Below, piece by piece: positions 11,061 to 25,400 of a stretch of DNA of 64,000 nucleotides. Source of the stretch: Pirellulales bacterium (GTDB lineage: Bacteria; Planctomycetota; Planctomycetia; Pirellulales; JALHPA01); contig JASGKV010000020.1 in assembly GCA_049840575.1 (NCBI GenBank), positions 121,705-185,704 on the forward strand. Direction: 5' to 3'. The position numbers were made by a program, and so were the translations under genes. Every line of letters starts with the position of its first letter. The stretch's first letter is position 1. Below the pieces are notes generated by a model. That model made no database searches. It saw nothing but the letters and a program-made list of their open reading frames with translations, and was not told where the DNA came from.

Positions 11061-11624
11061 ATGCTCGATTACGCCGCCAAGTTCGCCGCCGGCCTTTCGT
11101 ACGCCGATTTCCTCACAGCTCACGGCACCGACGAGCATGCGCGGAAATGGCACGATTGGCACGGCCGGGTGACGCTGACCGACGCGCAGCGCGAGACGTT
11201 GACCGGCTTCCGGCGCAAGATGCCGGTCGTCTGTTTCGCCGGCGCGTGGTGCGGCGACTGCGTGCAGCAATGCCCGATCTTCGACCGATTCGCCGCCGTG
11301 TCGCCGCTGCTCGACGTTCGCTACTTCGATCGCGACGCGCATCCCGACTTGGGGGCCGAACTGAAACTCTGCGGCGCGCGCGGGTGCCGGTCGTGGTGTT
11401 TCTGACCGAAGACTTTCAGCCGGTCGGCTACTACGGCGATCGGACGTTGGCCAAGTATCGCGACATGGCCCGCAAGCAACTCGGCGGCGCGACCTGCCCG
11501 ACGGGCTTGGTCGCCGATCAGGATTCTGCTGGCCGCGACGGTCGCCGAATGGTTGGAGCAGTTCGAACGTTGCCAATGGATGCTGCGGTTGTCCCCGCGC
11601 TTACGCCAACTGCATGGGGATTGA
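11061..11624 (+). CDS. Thioredoxin family protein, frameshifted
   Basis: FAGAWCGDCVQQCPIF...RVPVVVFLTEDFQPVGYYGDRTLAKYR. Confidence 0.85.
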
Positions 11625-11654
11625 GAGAGACCACGCCTAGAGCAAGGACGAGAC

Positions 11655-12011
11655 GTGATGGGATCCAAAAGCACGAATGATCGTCGCGACATCGATCCGC
11701 CGCCTGCGCCGCGGTTCGTGGAGTCGGGCGAAACGCATCCGGCCGATCGCGCGTTGCGTTATATCCTGTGCGTGCTGACGTCGATCGTCACGATCGCGTT
11801 CGCGTATGTGCTGACGGTCTACGTGATGGAAGGGCGTTGGTTGCCGCTGCTGGCGTTGCCGGTCTTCGCGAGTTTCAACGTGCTCTGTTATTTTTTCTCG
11901 GACGCGGTTTCGGAAGTCGTCACCGAATATTTGCCCCTCTCGATGATGCCGGCGGACGCGGTCTTGTATCGTGATCTGGACGCGGTCAAACTGCTGGTGC
12001 GCTGGGACTGA
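11655..12011 (+). CDS. Hypothetical membrane protein
   Basis: 118-aa ORF with two hydrophobic helices, co-oriented with the thioredoxin gene. Confidence 0.5.
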   Translation: MMGSKSTNDRRDIDPPPAPRFVESGETHPADRALRYILCVLTSIVTIAFAYVLTVYVMEGRWLPLLALPVFASFNVLCYFFSDAVSEVVTEYLPLSMMPADAVLYRDLDAVKLLVRWD

Positions 12012-12056
12012 TGGCGTGCGCGCTGGCGGCGTGGCGCGTTTAACGAAGTCGTTCGT

Positions 12057-15000
12057 TTAGGCTTTCACACGTCGCCGACGTAGGGCGTGCGCGGTAAGTC
12101 CCAAAAGGGTGAGACCCCCGAAGACCAGAGTGCCGGGTTCGGGGATAACGGCGAAGTCGCTGTTATGGTTGAGAACGGCCCAAACGGTGTTGTTGGTTTG
12201 ATCGACGCCCCAACTGCCGAGAAACGTGCCGAGGTTGTCGATCGTGACGCCGTTTTGCGCGACGAAGCTGGCCCAGCTGCCGGCCGGATTGCCGCCCGAG
12301 TGCGCTTTGATAATTCGTCAAGACGGTCGTCCCCACGCCGATGTTTCCGTCGACGGCGTTGATCCAATCGCCTGTGACGGTGTCCTTCCAGACAAGATGC
12401 AACCCGCCCAGCGAAGCGGTCAGACCTTCGTTGGTGCCGAACCGCGATTGGTCGTAGGTCATCTGCAACGCGAAGACATCGGTTTGGCCATGCGTGGCGG
12501 GACCGGTGTTGATCATGCCGGTGATCGAGACGACGTCGCTGATCAGTTGTCCGCCGGGCAGCACGCCGGATCCGTCGCCGACGGCGGCTTCGGTCGAGAA
12601 CCGCGTCCGCCACGCCATGCCGACGCCGGTGTCCGTGCCCGCGACGTTACGATACATCATGATCGACGCCGTCGAATGTAGAGCTTCCGGCAAGCCGGCC
12701 GACGCGGTCGCGGTGACGGGGATTAACGAAACCAACGGCTGACCGATGGTCGTGCCTGTGGCCACGGCGGCCGTGAGCGGCGTGCCGAAGGTGGTGGTCG
12801 TCGCGCCGAAGCCGGCCGTCCCGACCACGGCCGAGACGGCGATCGCCGGCGTACTCGCTACGGAACCGGGTTGCGCGGTGTAGAGGACGCTGCCCGAATA
12901 GCTGCCGGGCGCGGCGGTATTGACGGTAATCGTCGAGGTGGTGGTCGCTCCGTTGGCGATCGCGCCGCCGGCGACGGGACCGATCGTGAAGCCGGCGACC
13001 GAGTTGGGCGTGATCGCGGTGGTCGCTCCGCCGGTGTTGTTGGTCAGCGTGACGGTCGTCGTAGCGACGGCTCCTTGTAACAAGTTGCCGAACGTCGCGT
13101 TGCCTGTGGTGACCACGGCGTCGAGCGTGGGCGTGATCGCGACGCCGACGTACTTGAGATAGAGATCGTTGGCGCTGCCGCCGACGTCGGTTCCGAGAAC
13201 GATCGAGAAGTTGGCCGGATTCGGAGTCGATGCGGCGGTGAAGCCGGCGGCGTTGATCGTGAACTTATCGGCGGCGAAGTTGGTGATCCCGCCGGTCGTA
13301 CCCGCGATCTTCCAGCTATAGGTCGATGCGTTCGAAAAGCCCGCCAGATTCCCCGCGACGCCGCCCATATCGAGCGTGGCGAGATTGACGCTGAACTTCG
13401 AGGCCGACGAAGCCGAGACGTCCAGCACGCCCACGATGTTGAGTAAATCCCAACCGCCGCCTGCCGTTCCGGCTAAGTCGTTGATTTCCCAAGCGTAGTT
13501 CCCGAGCGCGGCGAACACGGTCGTACCCGCGTTTAGGATGCCCGGGCTGTTTCCGGGGCGACCGTGCCGCCGGCGGAGATGGTCAACGCGCCGACGGTCC
13601 CGGTGCCGGCCAACGTGCTGTTTGCCCCGCTCACGGTGGTCAGCGAACTGGCCGCGATGGAGCCGGTGACCTTTAACGTTCCGGCGGTGACGGTCGTTGC
13701 GCCGGTGTAGGTATTGGTGTTGGCGAGCGTCAGTACGCCCGCTCCGGTCTTGGTCAGCGCGCCTCCGGTCGAGGCGTTCGAGACGACGCCCGAGAGCGTC
13801 ACGGCGTTGCCGTTGGTGTTGAGGTACTGCGTGCCGGTACCCAGTTTGATCGAACGTGCGCTGGTCAGCGCGGCGTCGAAACGTAGGCCCACGGCGGTCG
13901 TCGTGCCGATGTCGAGGACGACCGAGTTCGCGGCGTTGCCGAGCGCTCCGTCGGAGGTGATCGCCAGTCCGCCGCGATTGACTTGGACGTCGCCGAGGAA
14001 CGTGTTGCCGGCGTTGGTCAGTTTGACGACGCCCAGACTTCCGCCCGAGACATCGGTGTTGACGAAGAGCCGCGTCGCGCCGGAGGCTCCTCCGGAGATC
14101 AGGCCCGAGAGGGTCGCGTCGCGACCGATCGCGGCCGAGCCGTTGGCGACGGTGAGTTCGGTACGGAAGCTCGTTCCCAAGATCAGAGCGTTGGCAAGAG
14201 TCGCGTTAACGCCTTCGTTGCCGCCGAGGCTCAGAATCGTGTCGACCGTTTGGCCGACCATGCTGATCGCGCCGGTTCCGGCGGAGGCGTAGGTTCCGGC
14301 GGTGGCGGCGATGTCGCGGAGCGCGAGCGTGCCGGCCTGGAACGCGATGCCTCCGGTGAACGTGTTGGTGCCCGAGAGGGCCATCAGCCCGGGACCTGTT
14401 TTCAGAATGCCGATCGCGCCGTTTTGGCCGATATTGGCGCTGACGATCAAATCGTCGGCGGCCGCGCCGTCGGCCACGGTGAAGCGGGTCACATTGCCGT
14501 TTTCGTTACGCAACGTCACCTTGCCCGCGATCGTCGACGACGTCGCCGCGGCCAACGTCGTGACGGTGGTCGGCGCGTTGGCGGCGCCGCCGAATGAGAA
14601 TTGCCCGGCGCCGGTCGTTTGCATCGTGCCGGCGGTCAACGTGTAGGCCACGCCCCAACCGTTGTCGGACGCTCCGGAGTGCGTCATGGTCCCGCCGTTC
14701 AGATTGACGGCGTCGACCTTGGTGCCGGCGGTGTAGCCGAAGGCGTTGGTGGAGATCAGGCTAAGCGTCGCGCCGGAATTCACGTCGACCACGCCGCGGA
14801 TGGCCCCGGCGCCGCCGTAATCGGGGGTCGTCGCGGATCCCAGCACCAGCGTCCCGGCGTTGACGGTCGTGCCGCCGGTGTAGGTGTTATAGGCGGTGAG
14901 TTGCATCGTTCCCGCGCCGAACTTGGTCAGGGCCGCCGCGGCCGAGCTTTGATCGGCGCTTTGATTCAGCAACGGAACGGAAACGGTCAAATCGGTCGCG

Positions 15001-18000
15001 GCGCTGCCGGTCACGTCGTTCACGCGAAACGCGACGTTCGGGCCGAGTTGGATACCGTTGTTCGACGTGCCGGTCGTCGTAATGAACGACGGTGCGGTTC
15101 CCTCGACGAAGATGCTGGCGTTCGATCCTTGCGTGGCGGCTTGCAGCGTGCCGAGGTAGAAAGCGGTATACGATCCGCTGGAACCGTTCTGCGTGTTCAG
15201 CGTGCCGCCGTTCAACCAGATGTTGCCCAACCGATTGGAAGTCACGGCGACGTTTTGCAGCGTTCCGCCGTTGATGTAAAGACTGCGAGTTTCCGCGGTG
15301 CCGTGGCTGTGTCCGCCGGTCAATTCCAACACCGCGCCCGCATTGACGATGATGGACTGAGCGCCGGTTCCCAGCGTTCCGTTGAGGGTCGCCGCCGTAC
15401 CGAGCGAGCCGACGAGTTTTCCGGCGTTAACGACGACCGTGCCTGTGAAATTCGTATTCGAAGCGGTGAGAGTCAACGTGCCGAGGCCGGTTTTGGTGAG
15501 CGTGCCCGAGGAGCCGCTTGCGAATGCGGTCGCCAGCGTGACGTTGTTTCCGTTGGTGTCGAGCGTGGCTCCGCCGACGCCGATCGTCGTGACTCGTCCG
15601 GTGGTGAAATCGACCGTACTTCCGGCGGCCCACTGCAATCCGCCGCCGCCGAACGTGATCGCGCCGGTCGAGTTGCCGATGTTGGATTGCGTGGTGAATT
15701 GAGTAAGGCCGCCGTTCAGGAACGTCGTGCCGGAATACGTGTTCGCGCCGGAAAGGATCAGCGCGCCGGGCCGGCTTTGACCAGCGCGGTCGCCGTGCCG
15801 TTGTTGACGATCCCGGCGGAGATCGTCAAAGCTCCGGCCGGGTCGGTGTTGTATTGCTGAACGATCAATTCGCCTCCGACCGTTCCCTGAAGCGTGTCGC
15901 CGGAGGTCGCTCCGGCGATCAGCGTGGCGTTCGCCCCGACGTTCGAACCGACCAAGATCGCGCCGGTCGTGTTCGCTCCGGTCAACGCGAACGACGAAGC
16001 TTGCGCGGTACGGAACGCCAGAGAATTGACTCCGAACGTCGCGGGAGCCGGGGCGGCGACGGTGACGTTCACGTTATTCGCGGACGACGCGTAATCATCG
16101 GCGGCATAGCTTGCGTAACCGCCCACCACGCCTGTGTTATGCGTGGCGAAATCGACGCCGTTCCAAACCGCATAAGGCAGGATGCCGTTGGTTAAGACGG
16201 TCGTCGAGCCGATGGTCAACGTCGCGCCGGCCGCGGGAACGGTCAGTCCCAGCGCCGCGCCGACGTTGCGCGTAACCGTGCCGAGCGTCAGATTGGCGGT
16301 GGCCGTACCGGTCCCCGGCGCGAGTGTGATGGTCGAACCGCCGGCATTGAGCGTGGCCGCTCCCAGGGTTTGCGCATTCAGCGTGCTCGCCTTGCCCGTG
16401 ATGGTCAGATTGCCGCCGGCGAACGTCGGAGCACTGCGCTGGGGAGCATGTTCGTCAGCAGCGTCGACGAATTCGTAAAATCGACGATGAAAACGCCAGC
16501 GTTGAAAATCGTCGTTCCGGTATATGCGGATGCCGTACCGTTGGTCGCGGAAAATCGCAACGTGCCGAGGCCGTTTTTGACCACGCTCGTCGCCAATGAA
16601 ATGTTACGACTCATCGTGAGATCGTCGGCGGCCGGACCGTTGTTGACCAGGAAGTTGACGGTGTTCGTGCCCGAGCCGTTGGCGTTCAATCGCAACGCGA
16701 TCGTCGACGTGTTGACCGACGGGATGATGTTGAGGGTCCGCGTCGTCGACCCGCTGAAGCGAAACTCGTTGGCGCCGGAAAGCGTTCCGCCCGCGAAATC
16801 CACGTTGCCTGTGTAAAACTCGGAATTTCCGGCCGTAAACGAACCACCGAGCAATTGAACGTTCGTGCTGCTGCCGATCCCGAAGACGTGCGTCGTGGTA
16901 TTCGTCGCCACGCCGCCCGGGTAAATCAGCAAGCGACTCGACCCGATGTTTTGCTGGTTGTTCGCCGACAGCGTCAACGTGCCGCCGTTGACGATGGTGT
17001 CGCCGGAATAGGTATTGGCGCTTCCGCCGCTCAGCGTCAGCGTCCCGCCGTTGACGATGACGCTTCCCGCCCCGGTGATGGGATTGACGTTGGAAATCGT
17101 CAACGTATTGCTGCGCGAGTAAATCAAATTGTTGCCGGCTCCGCCGAAGGCGACGGCGCCGGTTCCCAGCGCTCCGGTGGTGCCGCCGTATCCGATTCGC
17201 AAGCCGGTGAAGACGTTGTTCGCGCCGGTTCCGATCGACGTGCCGCCGGTGTAGGTGTTGGTATTGGTCAAAGTGGTGACGCCGCCGCTCGCGACCAAAG
17301 TGCCCGTTCCGGAAATCACGCCGTTGAGAAACAGCGGCGTGGTCGCCGAGTTGACGTTCAACGACGATCCGCCGGAAATCGAGATGGCGTTCGGCAGAAA
17401 CACATGCGCCGTCGATGCTGCGAGCGTCGGAGAGACCGCGACCGTCAGCGCGCCGGTACCCAGCGACGCGGCGTTCGTGACGCGGAGGGTTCCGCCGGCC
17501 AGCGACGTTCCGCCCGTAAATGTATTCGTGCCGGCTAACAAGAGTTCGCCCGCACCAGCTTGTACAGACTCGCTGCGCCGGTGCCGTTCTCCGCGATCGT
17601 CGCGTTGACGACCGCGTTGGCGATCGTATTGAGTTCCAACGTTCCGGCGACGTTCGGCGCGATGCCGGCGGTCAAGGTTCCGGCGTTCAACGTCGAACCG
17701 ATCGTCAACGTACCCTTCCCGCTCGGCACGAGTAAGGCGGACAGTCGCAAGGTCGCGGAGGTCGTGGCGATCGTCACGGCGGTCGCTTGGTTTTGCAACA
17801 AGGTGTAAATCGTGGTGTCGGGCGTCGTTAGCGTGACGTTCCCCGAAGTTCCACCCGTCAGCCGCACGTTCGACGTCGCGCCGTCGGCGATCGTGCCGGC
17901 GAACGGGACGTCGGTGTAAGTGGCCGCGATGATGTTTCCCGACCCGTCGTTGGTCGCGTAGTCGGCGTTGTTGAACAATGCCCACGGTCCGAGAATGCCG

Positions 18001-19449
18001 TTGACGTTCGTATTGGTCGTCGTCGCCAACCCGATCGCGCCGATATTTAAATGTGCACCGTTGCCGACGGTGATCGCCCCCAAGGCGATCGTGCCGGCGC
18101 TTGACGAGCGCGTGATCGAAGCGACGGCGTTCGTTCCCAACGTGGTCGAAGCGGCGGTCTCGGCGGAGGAACCGCCAGGAGAGCACGAGACTTGCGGTGC
18201 CGAGCAGCGAGAAGCGTTCCGTTCCCCAGTTTTTTGTTGTTTTGCGCCTGCGTAATCCAACGTCAACGTGCTGCCCGCACCAAGGATGTTGCCGGTGAGC
18301 TGATTGACGCCGTTGAGGATCGTTCCGCCGGTGTAGGTGTTGTTGCCCGACAGCGTGAGCGCGGTCGTGGAGGAGGATCCGCCGATTTCCAGCGTACGAA
18401 CGCCGCCGGTTTCCCCGATCGGGCCGCTGATGACGCCGGTCGAGGCATGGGTGGTGATGCGCGTGTCGCCGGCCAGCGTGATCGTGCCCGATGCGATGGC
18501 GGCGTTACCCAATCGCAGCGCGCCTAAATTGCCGGCGGTTTCGCCCCAACCGACGCCTTGCAACGTCATCGAGTTGGTCAGGGTCAGTCCCGTCGCTGAT
18601 GCGAAAATTTGTCCGCCCGGTCCGGTGGTGACCAAGCTCGCCGAGCCGACGTCGTTTTGGGCGTCGATGTTGAGACGCGAGTTGTTGGCGATCAACGTAC
18701 CGGAAAACGCGCTTCCCGTCGCGCCGTTGTTGGCCGACAGCGCGTAGCTGGAGACGGAGGTCAGCGTGCCGGTATTCGTGCCGGTGAAGATGATCGTTCC
18801 GCTCCCGCCGAGTTGTCGGGCCGCTCCCACGGCGGCCGCGGTGTCGCCGGAGAATTCGAGCGTGGACGACGAATTGACGTTGAACGTCGCGGAGCCCGAG
18901 CCGGTGGTGATCGCCGTCTCCGTGAAGTTGGCCAAACCGTCCGTGAGGATCAGCTTGCCGGGGCCGGCGACCGTGAGTCCGCCGCTGCCGGTCAAACCGC
19001 CCGCGGTCCCGGTCGTGTAGCCCGTGATCGTGGCGACGCTATTGGACGGCGTGAACGTGATCGTCGCCGCCGCCGCACCGGTGTTCAGCGCGTTGATGCC
19101 CGTAGCGAGCGTGTAACCGGTGGTCTCGAAGCGTAATCCGCCGATCGTGATAGCGCTCCCCAACGTGACCGTTCCCGCCGCGCCGCCGAAGACGGCCGTA
19201 TCCGCGGCGTTCAACGTGTTGTCCCAGGCGAAGTTGTTCGCTCCGTTATCGGTGGTCCAAGTACCTAGGATGGTGTTCCAAGTCCCCAAGCCGCCGGTGA
19301 CGGCGGAATCGCCTTGCGCCGACGGTCCCGGGCGCGATGTCCCACACGATATCGGCGGCATGCGAGGTGGTTCCGCCGAATCCGGCGGCGATGATTCCGA
19401 CCAAAAACCATCGGCGAATCGATGAACGACGAGCGGCTGCGCGAACCAT
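12057..19449 (-). CDS. Large autotransporter-associated beta-strand repeat protein with PEP-CTERM sorting signal (about 2400 aa, multiple frameshifts)
   Basis: Signal peptide MVRAAARR...SHAADIVWD; many LTKxGxGTLTLxxxNTYTGxTTVxAGTL repeats; C-terminus FAVIPEPGTLVFGGLTLLGLTAHALRRRRVKA*. Confidence 0.85.
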
Positions 19450-19894
19450 GCGATGTGCTGCGATAGGGGTGCGTATAGAAACGAAACTCCGGCGTAATCC
19501 GGGAGTTCGTCGTTAGTCGGAAGGCGAGCCCGTTGGGGTGGGGACGGCTTCCACGCGCATGAGAGACTAATTACCCAGTAATTAAGTCATGTAGGAAATA
19601 TAGTCGCAGTGAATTGCCATTACAAGTATTGGCTATGCGGAATGCCGCTGATATTGACTGAAAATCCAGCGTTTCTATTCATTCCCGATATAGAAATGCA
19701 TCGATCATTGGTTACGTGTTCTCTTTGGTAACCTAAAAATCGATTGATCGATGGACAAATCGCACAATGTGTTTGCGATGCGCGTATGGTCGGTCGCTGA
19801 ACGGTCTACGTGGCCGTTTTCATAAAGTTTTTCGTCCCAGGCTGATAAGATTGAATGCCTTATGTTTGATCCGAGTACCACGTCCCATTTCCTT

Positions 19895-21997
19895 ATGCGT
19901 CGAAATTTTGGCTTGTTCGGTGACGTTCGATACGGAACGATGCTGACGATCGTGTGTCTCGCTGCGTGCCTTTCCATTTCGTCGGCATCCGCCAAGGAAC
20001 GCCGCGGCGACCCGATCGTGCGGCACGAACCGCTCCAACCCAAGTCGGGCGTGCCGGTGTTGGTGACCGCGCAACTGGCGAAGGACGCGAAGAACGTCGT
20101 CCTGCGTTTACAAGCGGTCGAGCCGGGGCAATACGTGCGCAAGTCCGATTCGGCGTACGAGAAGACGTGGACCGACTTGCCGCTGGCGACGACGGGACAG
20201 AGGGCGACGCCAAGGGCGGCGACGGCGTCTTCAGCGCGCGCGTGCCGGCCGAATACCAACGCCATCGCCGATTACTGCGCTATCGCGTGACGGCCGTCGC
20301 GGCGGACGGCAAGGAGATCCGTCTGCCGAAGGCCGACGACCCGTGCCCCAACTTCGCGTGGTGGTGCGACGACGGGCCGGCCGCCTGGAGCGGCGCGCGA
20401 GCCGGGCAAAACGCCGGCGGCGACGTACTCGCCCGAGTTCCTCGGCACGTTGCAAGTGTTGCGGTTGATCGCTCGCAACGAAGACGTGTCGCGCAGCCAG
20501 TGGGACGGCGGTTTTCATAAGCAGAAACAACTCGGCACGCTCGTCTATCGCGGCGTCGTGTACGACCACATTCAATTCAGCAATCGCGGCCAAGGGAGCG
20601 CGCACATCTCGGGCAAGAACAAGTGGAGCCTGAAATTCAACAAGGGGCAGGATTTGCCGCTGGTCGATCACGACGGCGTGCCGTTCCCCGACGCATGCGA
20701 CAGTTTGAACCTCAACCCCGGCGGATCGACGCCGTACCTGCCTGTGCTGCGCGGCGTTACGGGGCTGGACGAAGTGTTGTCGATGCGGGCGTATCGATTG
20801 GCCGGCGTGCCGACGCCGCCGGCGACGTGGATTCAACTGCGCGTCGTCGACGCCGCGGACGAAGCGTCGGCCAAAAGCCAATACGACGGCGATCTGTGGG
20901 GCGTCTACGTCGCGCTCGGCGACATGGAACCGAAACTATTGGCCGATCGACGCCTGCCCGACGGGTTGGTCGTCAGCATCCAAAGCGGCGTCAAGCACGT
21001 GCCCAACGGTTTCGCCGATGCGCCGAAAACGTGGGAGTCGTTTCTCAACGGGATGCGTTCCAACCCGAACGAAGACTGGTGGCGGAAAAATTTGGACCTC
21101 AACGCCTACTTCGGCTTTCATGCGATGAATCGACTGCTGGGCAACGTCGATCTGCGGCCGGACGGCAATCATGGCTACTATCGCAACCCGGACGGACATT
21201 GGTCGCCGATCCCTTGGGATAACGACATGATGTTTGTCCCGCGCCATCATCAGCCCGGGTACATCGAAGCGGCCGGTTGCTTAAACCAACCGAAGATCGC
21301 GCTCGAATATCGCAATCGGGCGCGCGAGATTCTGGATCTGTTTTGTGCGGACTCTTCCGAACGCGGCGGACAAATCGGGCAGCTGATCGCCGATTTGGGC
21401 TCGGCGATCACGCCGGCGAAGTACGACGTCGATTGGTCGCGTCTCGACGAAGCGATGTGGAACCAACATCCGCGGATGAATCAGCGCGGATCGTATTTCG
21501 TCAACCCGATGAACGGCGATCACTTCGGCGGGCAATGGAAGCGAACGCTGGCCACCAACGATTTCGCGGGCTTCAAAAAGTATCTGCTCGAATTTTGCAC
21601 CGACTCGCGACCGACGAAAAACTATGCTCCCAACGACGGCGATCAGCGCGGCTACGGCTGGGGCTATCTCGCACATGAAGCGAAGGACGCCGAAATTCCC
21701 GCCATGCCGACCGTGACGCGCGCCCCGGGGAATGCGTTCCGCTTCGCGGCGTCGGCGTTCGATTCGCCCAAGGGCCGCAAGCCGGCCGCGCTCGAATGGC
21801 GCGTCGGTCGCATCGGAGAGAAGGGTCGCTACGAGCTGACGGAATACTGGCACGAATCACGGACCGACGGAACCACGATCGAGATCGCCGCGAGCGTCTT
21901 TCGCGAGCCGGGCGCGTACCGCGTCCGCGCCCGGTGGCGGGACGACTCGGGCCGCTGCGGCCACTGGAGTCCGGCGATCGACGTGCCGGTGAAATGA
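19895..21997 (+). CDS. CotH kinase family protein with N-terminal Ig-like/choice-of-anchor-like domain, frameshifted
   Basis: Signal peptide; DDGTEGDAKGGDGVFSA; NRGQGS...GKNKWSLKFNKG; GNVDLRPDGNHGYY...WSPIPWDNDMMF. Confidence 0.75.
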
Positions 21998-22443
21998 TAC
22001 GTCGTCGATCGTTCGGCATCTTGACAAGATGTGTAATTATGTATATTATACTAGAATGGTGGCGCGAGGCGAGTTGAGTGACGACCCCGCGTTAATCGAA
22101 GCGATCGGCGGCTTCAAGAATCCGGCGATCCGCCAGCAAATATGCTCGTTGTCGTCCGTGGTATTTCGCAGTCCTGGGCTTCAACGCCGTAGCCGAGTGA
22201 TGCCGGCAAGAAATCGGCATGCTCTTTGAAAATTCGATGATTTTTGGTTTCGTCCGATTTTCCAGTCGTTTGCATCGTTTTAGAGTGCCGGCGTCCGGAA
22301 AGTCCGCGTAATCGCGCGGGTCGCGGCACGGGGTTCGCGTAAACGCTCGATTCCGATCGCAATGAACGCGACGGATGGAAACTTTCCTCGCGCGTAGAAG
22401 ACTGGACATCCAGAAGCTATCGCGGACTCACTTAGGGTCTCGC

Positions 22444-25400
22444 ATGTCGGCCGATCGTTCGAATTCTCACTCCCCGTCCCCTGCGGTTCCCGCTCGTTTC
22501 ACGTTCACTGCGCGAATTCGTCGTATGCGACGTCTGCGCCGCCTCGCGCGGTTCGCACTGGCGATCGGATTGCTGTGCGGAGGGGCCGGTTCGCTCGCGG
22601 CGAAACGTTCACCTGGAATAATCCGGCCGGGGGTAATTTCAACACGGCGGCCAACTGGCTCGGGAACGCGGTTCCGAATTCGAATAACGGCAACTCGTTC
22701 TTGTTCGCCGGCTCGACGTCCTACACGGCGACCTATGACCTGACGACCAACCCGTTCATCGTCAATTCGCTGCAGTTCAACAACTCCAGCGTCGGCGGCG
22801 TCACCATGGCGACCTCGACCAATGCGATCAGTGCGCGGCACCACGCCGAGTTTGTTGCAAAACGGCTCGGGCGCGGTCGCGATCACCGTTCCGCTGGAAA
22901 TCAACGTGGACTCCGCCACGATCGGCGGCACAGGAACCGGCGCGTTGACGCTGACGCGTCTGGCGGTAGACTGGCGCGGGTGCCGGGCACACGTTGACCC
23001 TAGCCAACGCATCGAACGTATCGATCGGCACGTACGCCAACACCTCGGGCACGAACAAGACGATCACCAACAACATCGCGGGCCCGAACGGGTTGACGAT
23101 CGGCGCGATTGAACTCGGCACGGCGGCGTACACGTTGTCGCTGGGAGGAACCGGCATCACGACCGTCACGGGCCTTATCGGCGGCGCGGCCAATCTGACC
23201 AAAGCCGACGCCGGGACGTTGATCCTTTCCGGTACCGCCAACACGTACACCGGCGTTTTGCAGATCAACAACGGCACGGTCCAAGTCGCAAGTTTGGCCG
23301 ATAGCGGCGCCGGCTCGAACGGAACCGGCGCGATCAAAATTTTGAACTCGAACCAAGCCGCCGCGACGCTGCGCTACGTCGGACCCGCCGTGACGGTCAC
23401 GCGCGCGATCGACATTTTCGCTGCCGGGACCGGTTTGGGAACCGCGACGATCGAAAGCTCGGGGACGGGCGCACTCACGCTGAGCGGCAACGTCGTGCGT
23501 TCGGCCAGCGCCGCCGCCACGACCAAGGCGTTCGCGCTCGCGGGAACCAACACCGACGCCAACACCGTGTCCGGCGTGATCTCGGACGGCGCGGGTCCGT
23601 TGAACGTCGTGAAAAACGGCGTCGGTAATTGGTCGCTCTCCAACGCGAACACGTACACCGGTTCGACGACGATTAACGCCGGGAAATTGACCCAGGCCAA
23701 CGCCGCGGCGTTCGGAACCAGTAACGTGTTTTCCGTCATCAACGGCGGCGTTCTGGACGCTTCGTTGGCCGGCGTGACGATCGGCTCCGGCGGGTCGTTG
23801 ACCGCGGGCCGCACGTCCGGCTTCGCGACCGATGTGTTCGGCAACGTGGCGATCACCGGCGGCTGCGCTGAACGTCTCACCGCTGACGACCAATGCCGGG
23901 ACGTTTACGCAGGAAGGGAATCTGTCGCTGACCAACTCGACCGTCCGCTTCAGCCTGAGCAACGTCAACACCGTCGGCGCAGGCGTGAACGACTTGGTCG
24001 CCGTCGGCGGCGCGGGAGCCGGCAACCTGACGCTGGCCGGCACGATCAACGTCGAACTGACCGCGTTGAACGGCCCCTTGTCCGCGGGCAACTACACGCT
24101 ATTTCAATACTCCGGCCTGTTGACCGGCGGCGCGGCCAATTTCGCCCAGCCGACCGGACTGACGCCCGGCCGCTCGACCTATTCGTACGACACCACCACC
24201 ACGCCGGGCAGCGTGTTGCTGGTCGTCACCGGCAACGCGGGCAACTTGACCTGGACCGGCAACGGCACGACGAACGTCTGGAACAAGTCGACCGCCGGCG
24301 TCTTCACCGGCGCGACGCCGGGATCTGTTCTTCGACGGCGACATCGTGAATTTCACCGACGCCGGCGCGGCGAATTCGACCGTCACGCTGACCGAAGTCT
24401 TGCAACCGTTCTCGGTCTCCGTGAACAGCGCGTCCAACTATACGTTGACCGGCGCAGGCTCGATCACGGGTACGACGGGACTGACGAAAAGCGGCGCAGG
24501 CGCGTTGATCCTGCAAAGCGCGAACACGTACGCGGGCGTCACCACGATTTCCGGCGGCGTCGTCGAACTGCAAAACGTCGCGGCACTCGGCACGACGGCC
24601 GGCAACACCGTCGTCGCGGCGGGCGGACAACTTTCGCTGCAAAACATCGGCGATCTGGCCGAACCGATCGCCCTGAACGGGACCGGCGTCGCCGGGGCCG
24701 GCGCGATTCGTAACATTGCCGGCGCCAAGACGCTGACCGCGCCCATCACGTTGCAATCCGCGTCGTCGATCGTCAACGCCGATGCCGCGAACGCGTTGAC
24801 GTTCGGCGGGACGCTCGGCGGATCGTTCGGGCTGACGCTGTCCGGCCCGGGAACGTTCGTCCTCTCGGGTTCGACGGCCAACACCAACTCTTCGACGACG
24901 ATTCAAAACACCACGGTGGTGTTAAGCAAAACCGTCGCCAACGGCACGGTGGGGGGTACGGTCAACATCGGCGACGGCGTCTCGCCCGCGACGTTACGTT
25001 TGGGCGTCGCCGAACAGATCGGCAACGGCGCGTTGGTCAACGTGGCCGCGAACGCGACCTTCGACTTGGCCGGCTTCGCCGAAACCATCGGCTCGCTCGC
25101 CGGAGCGGGCACGGTCACGTTGGGCGCAGGGAATCTGATTTTAAACGGGACCACGACCGAGACGTTCTCGGGCGTCATCTCCGGCGGCGGCTCGTTCACT
25201 CGCCAAAACGGCGGGACGACGATTCTCATCGGGCAAAACACCTACGCCGGCCAAACCATCATCGCGAACGCGAACTCGAAGATCGTGCTGGGCGTCAACG
25301 ACGCGTTGCCGGTCGGAACCACGGTGAATTTCTCGGGCACGACCAACGTCAACGTCGCGCTGGATTTGAACGGAAAGAATCAAACGATCGCCGCGCTGAT

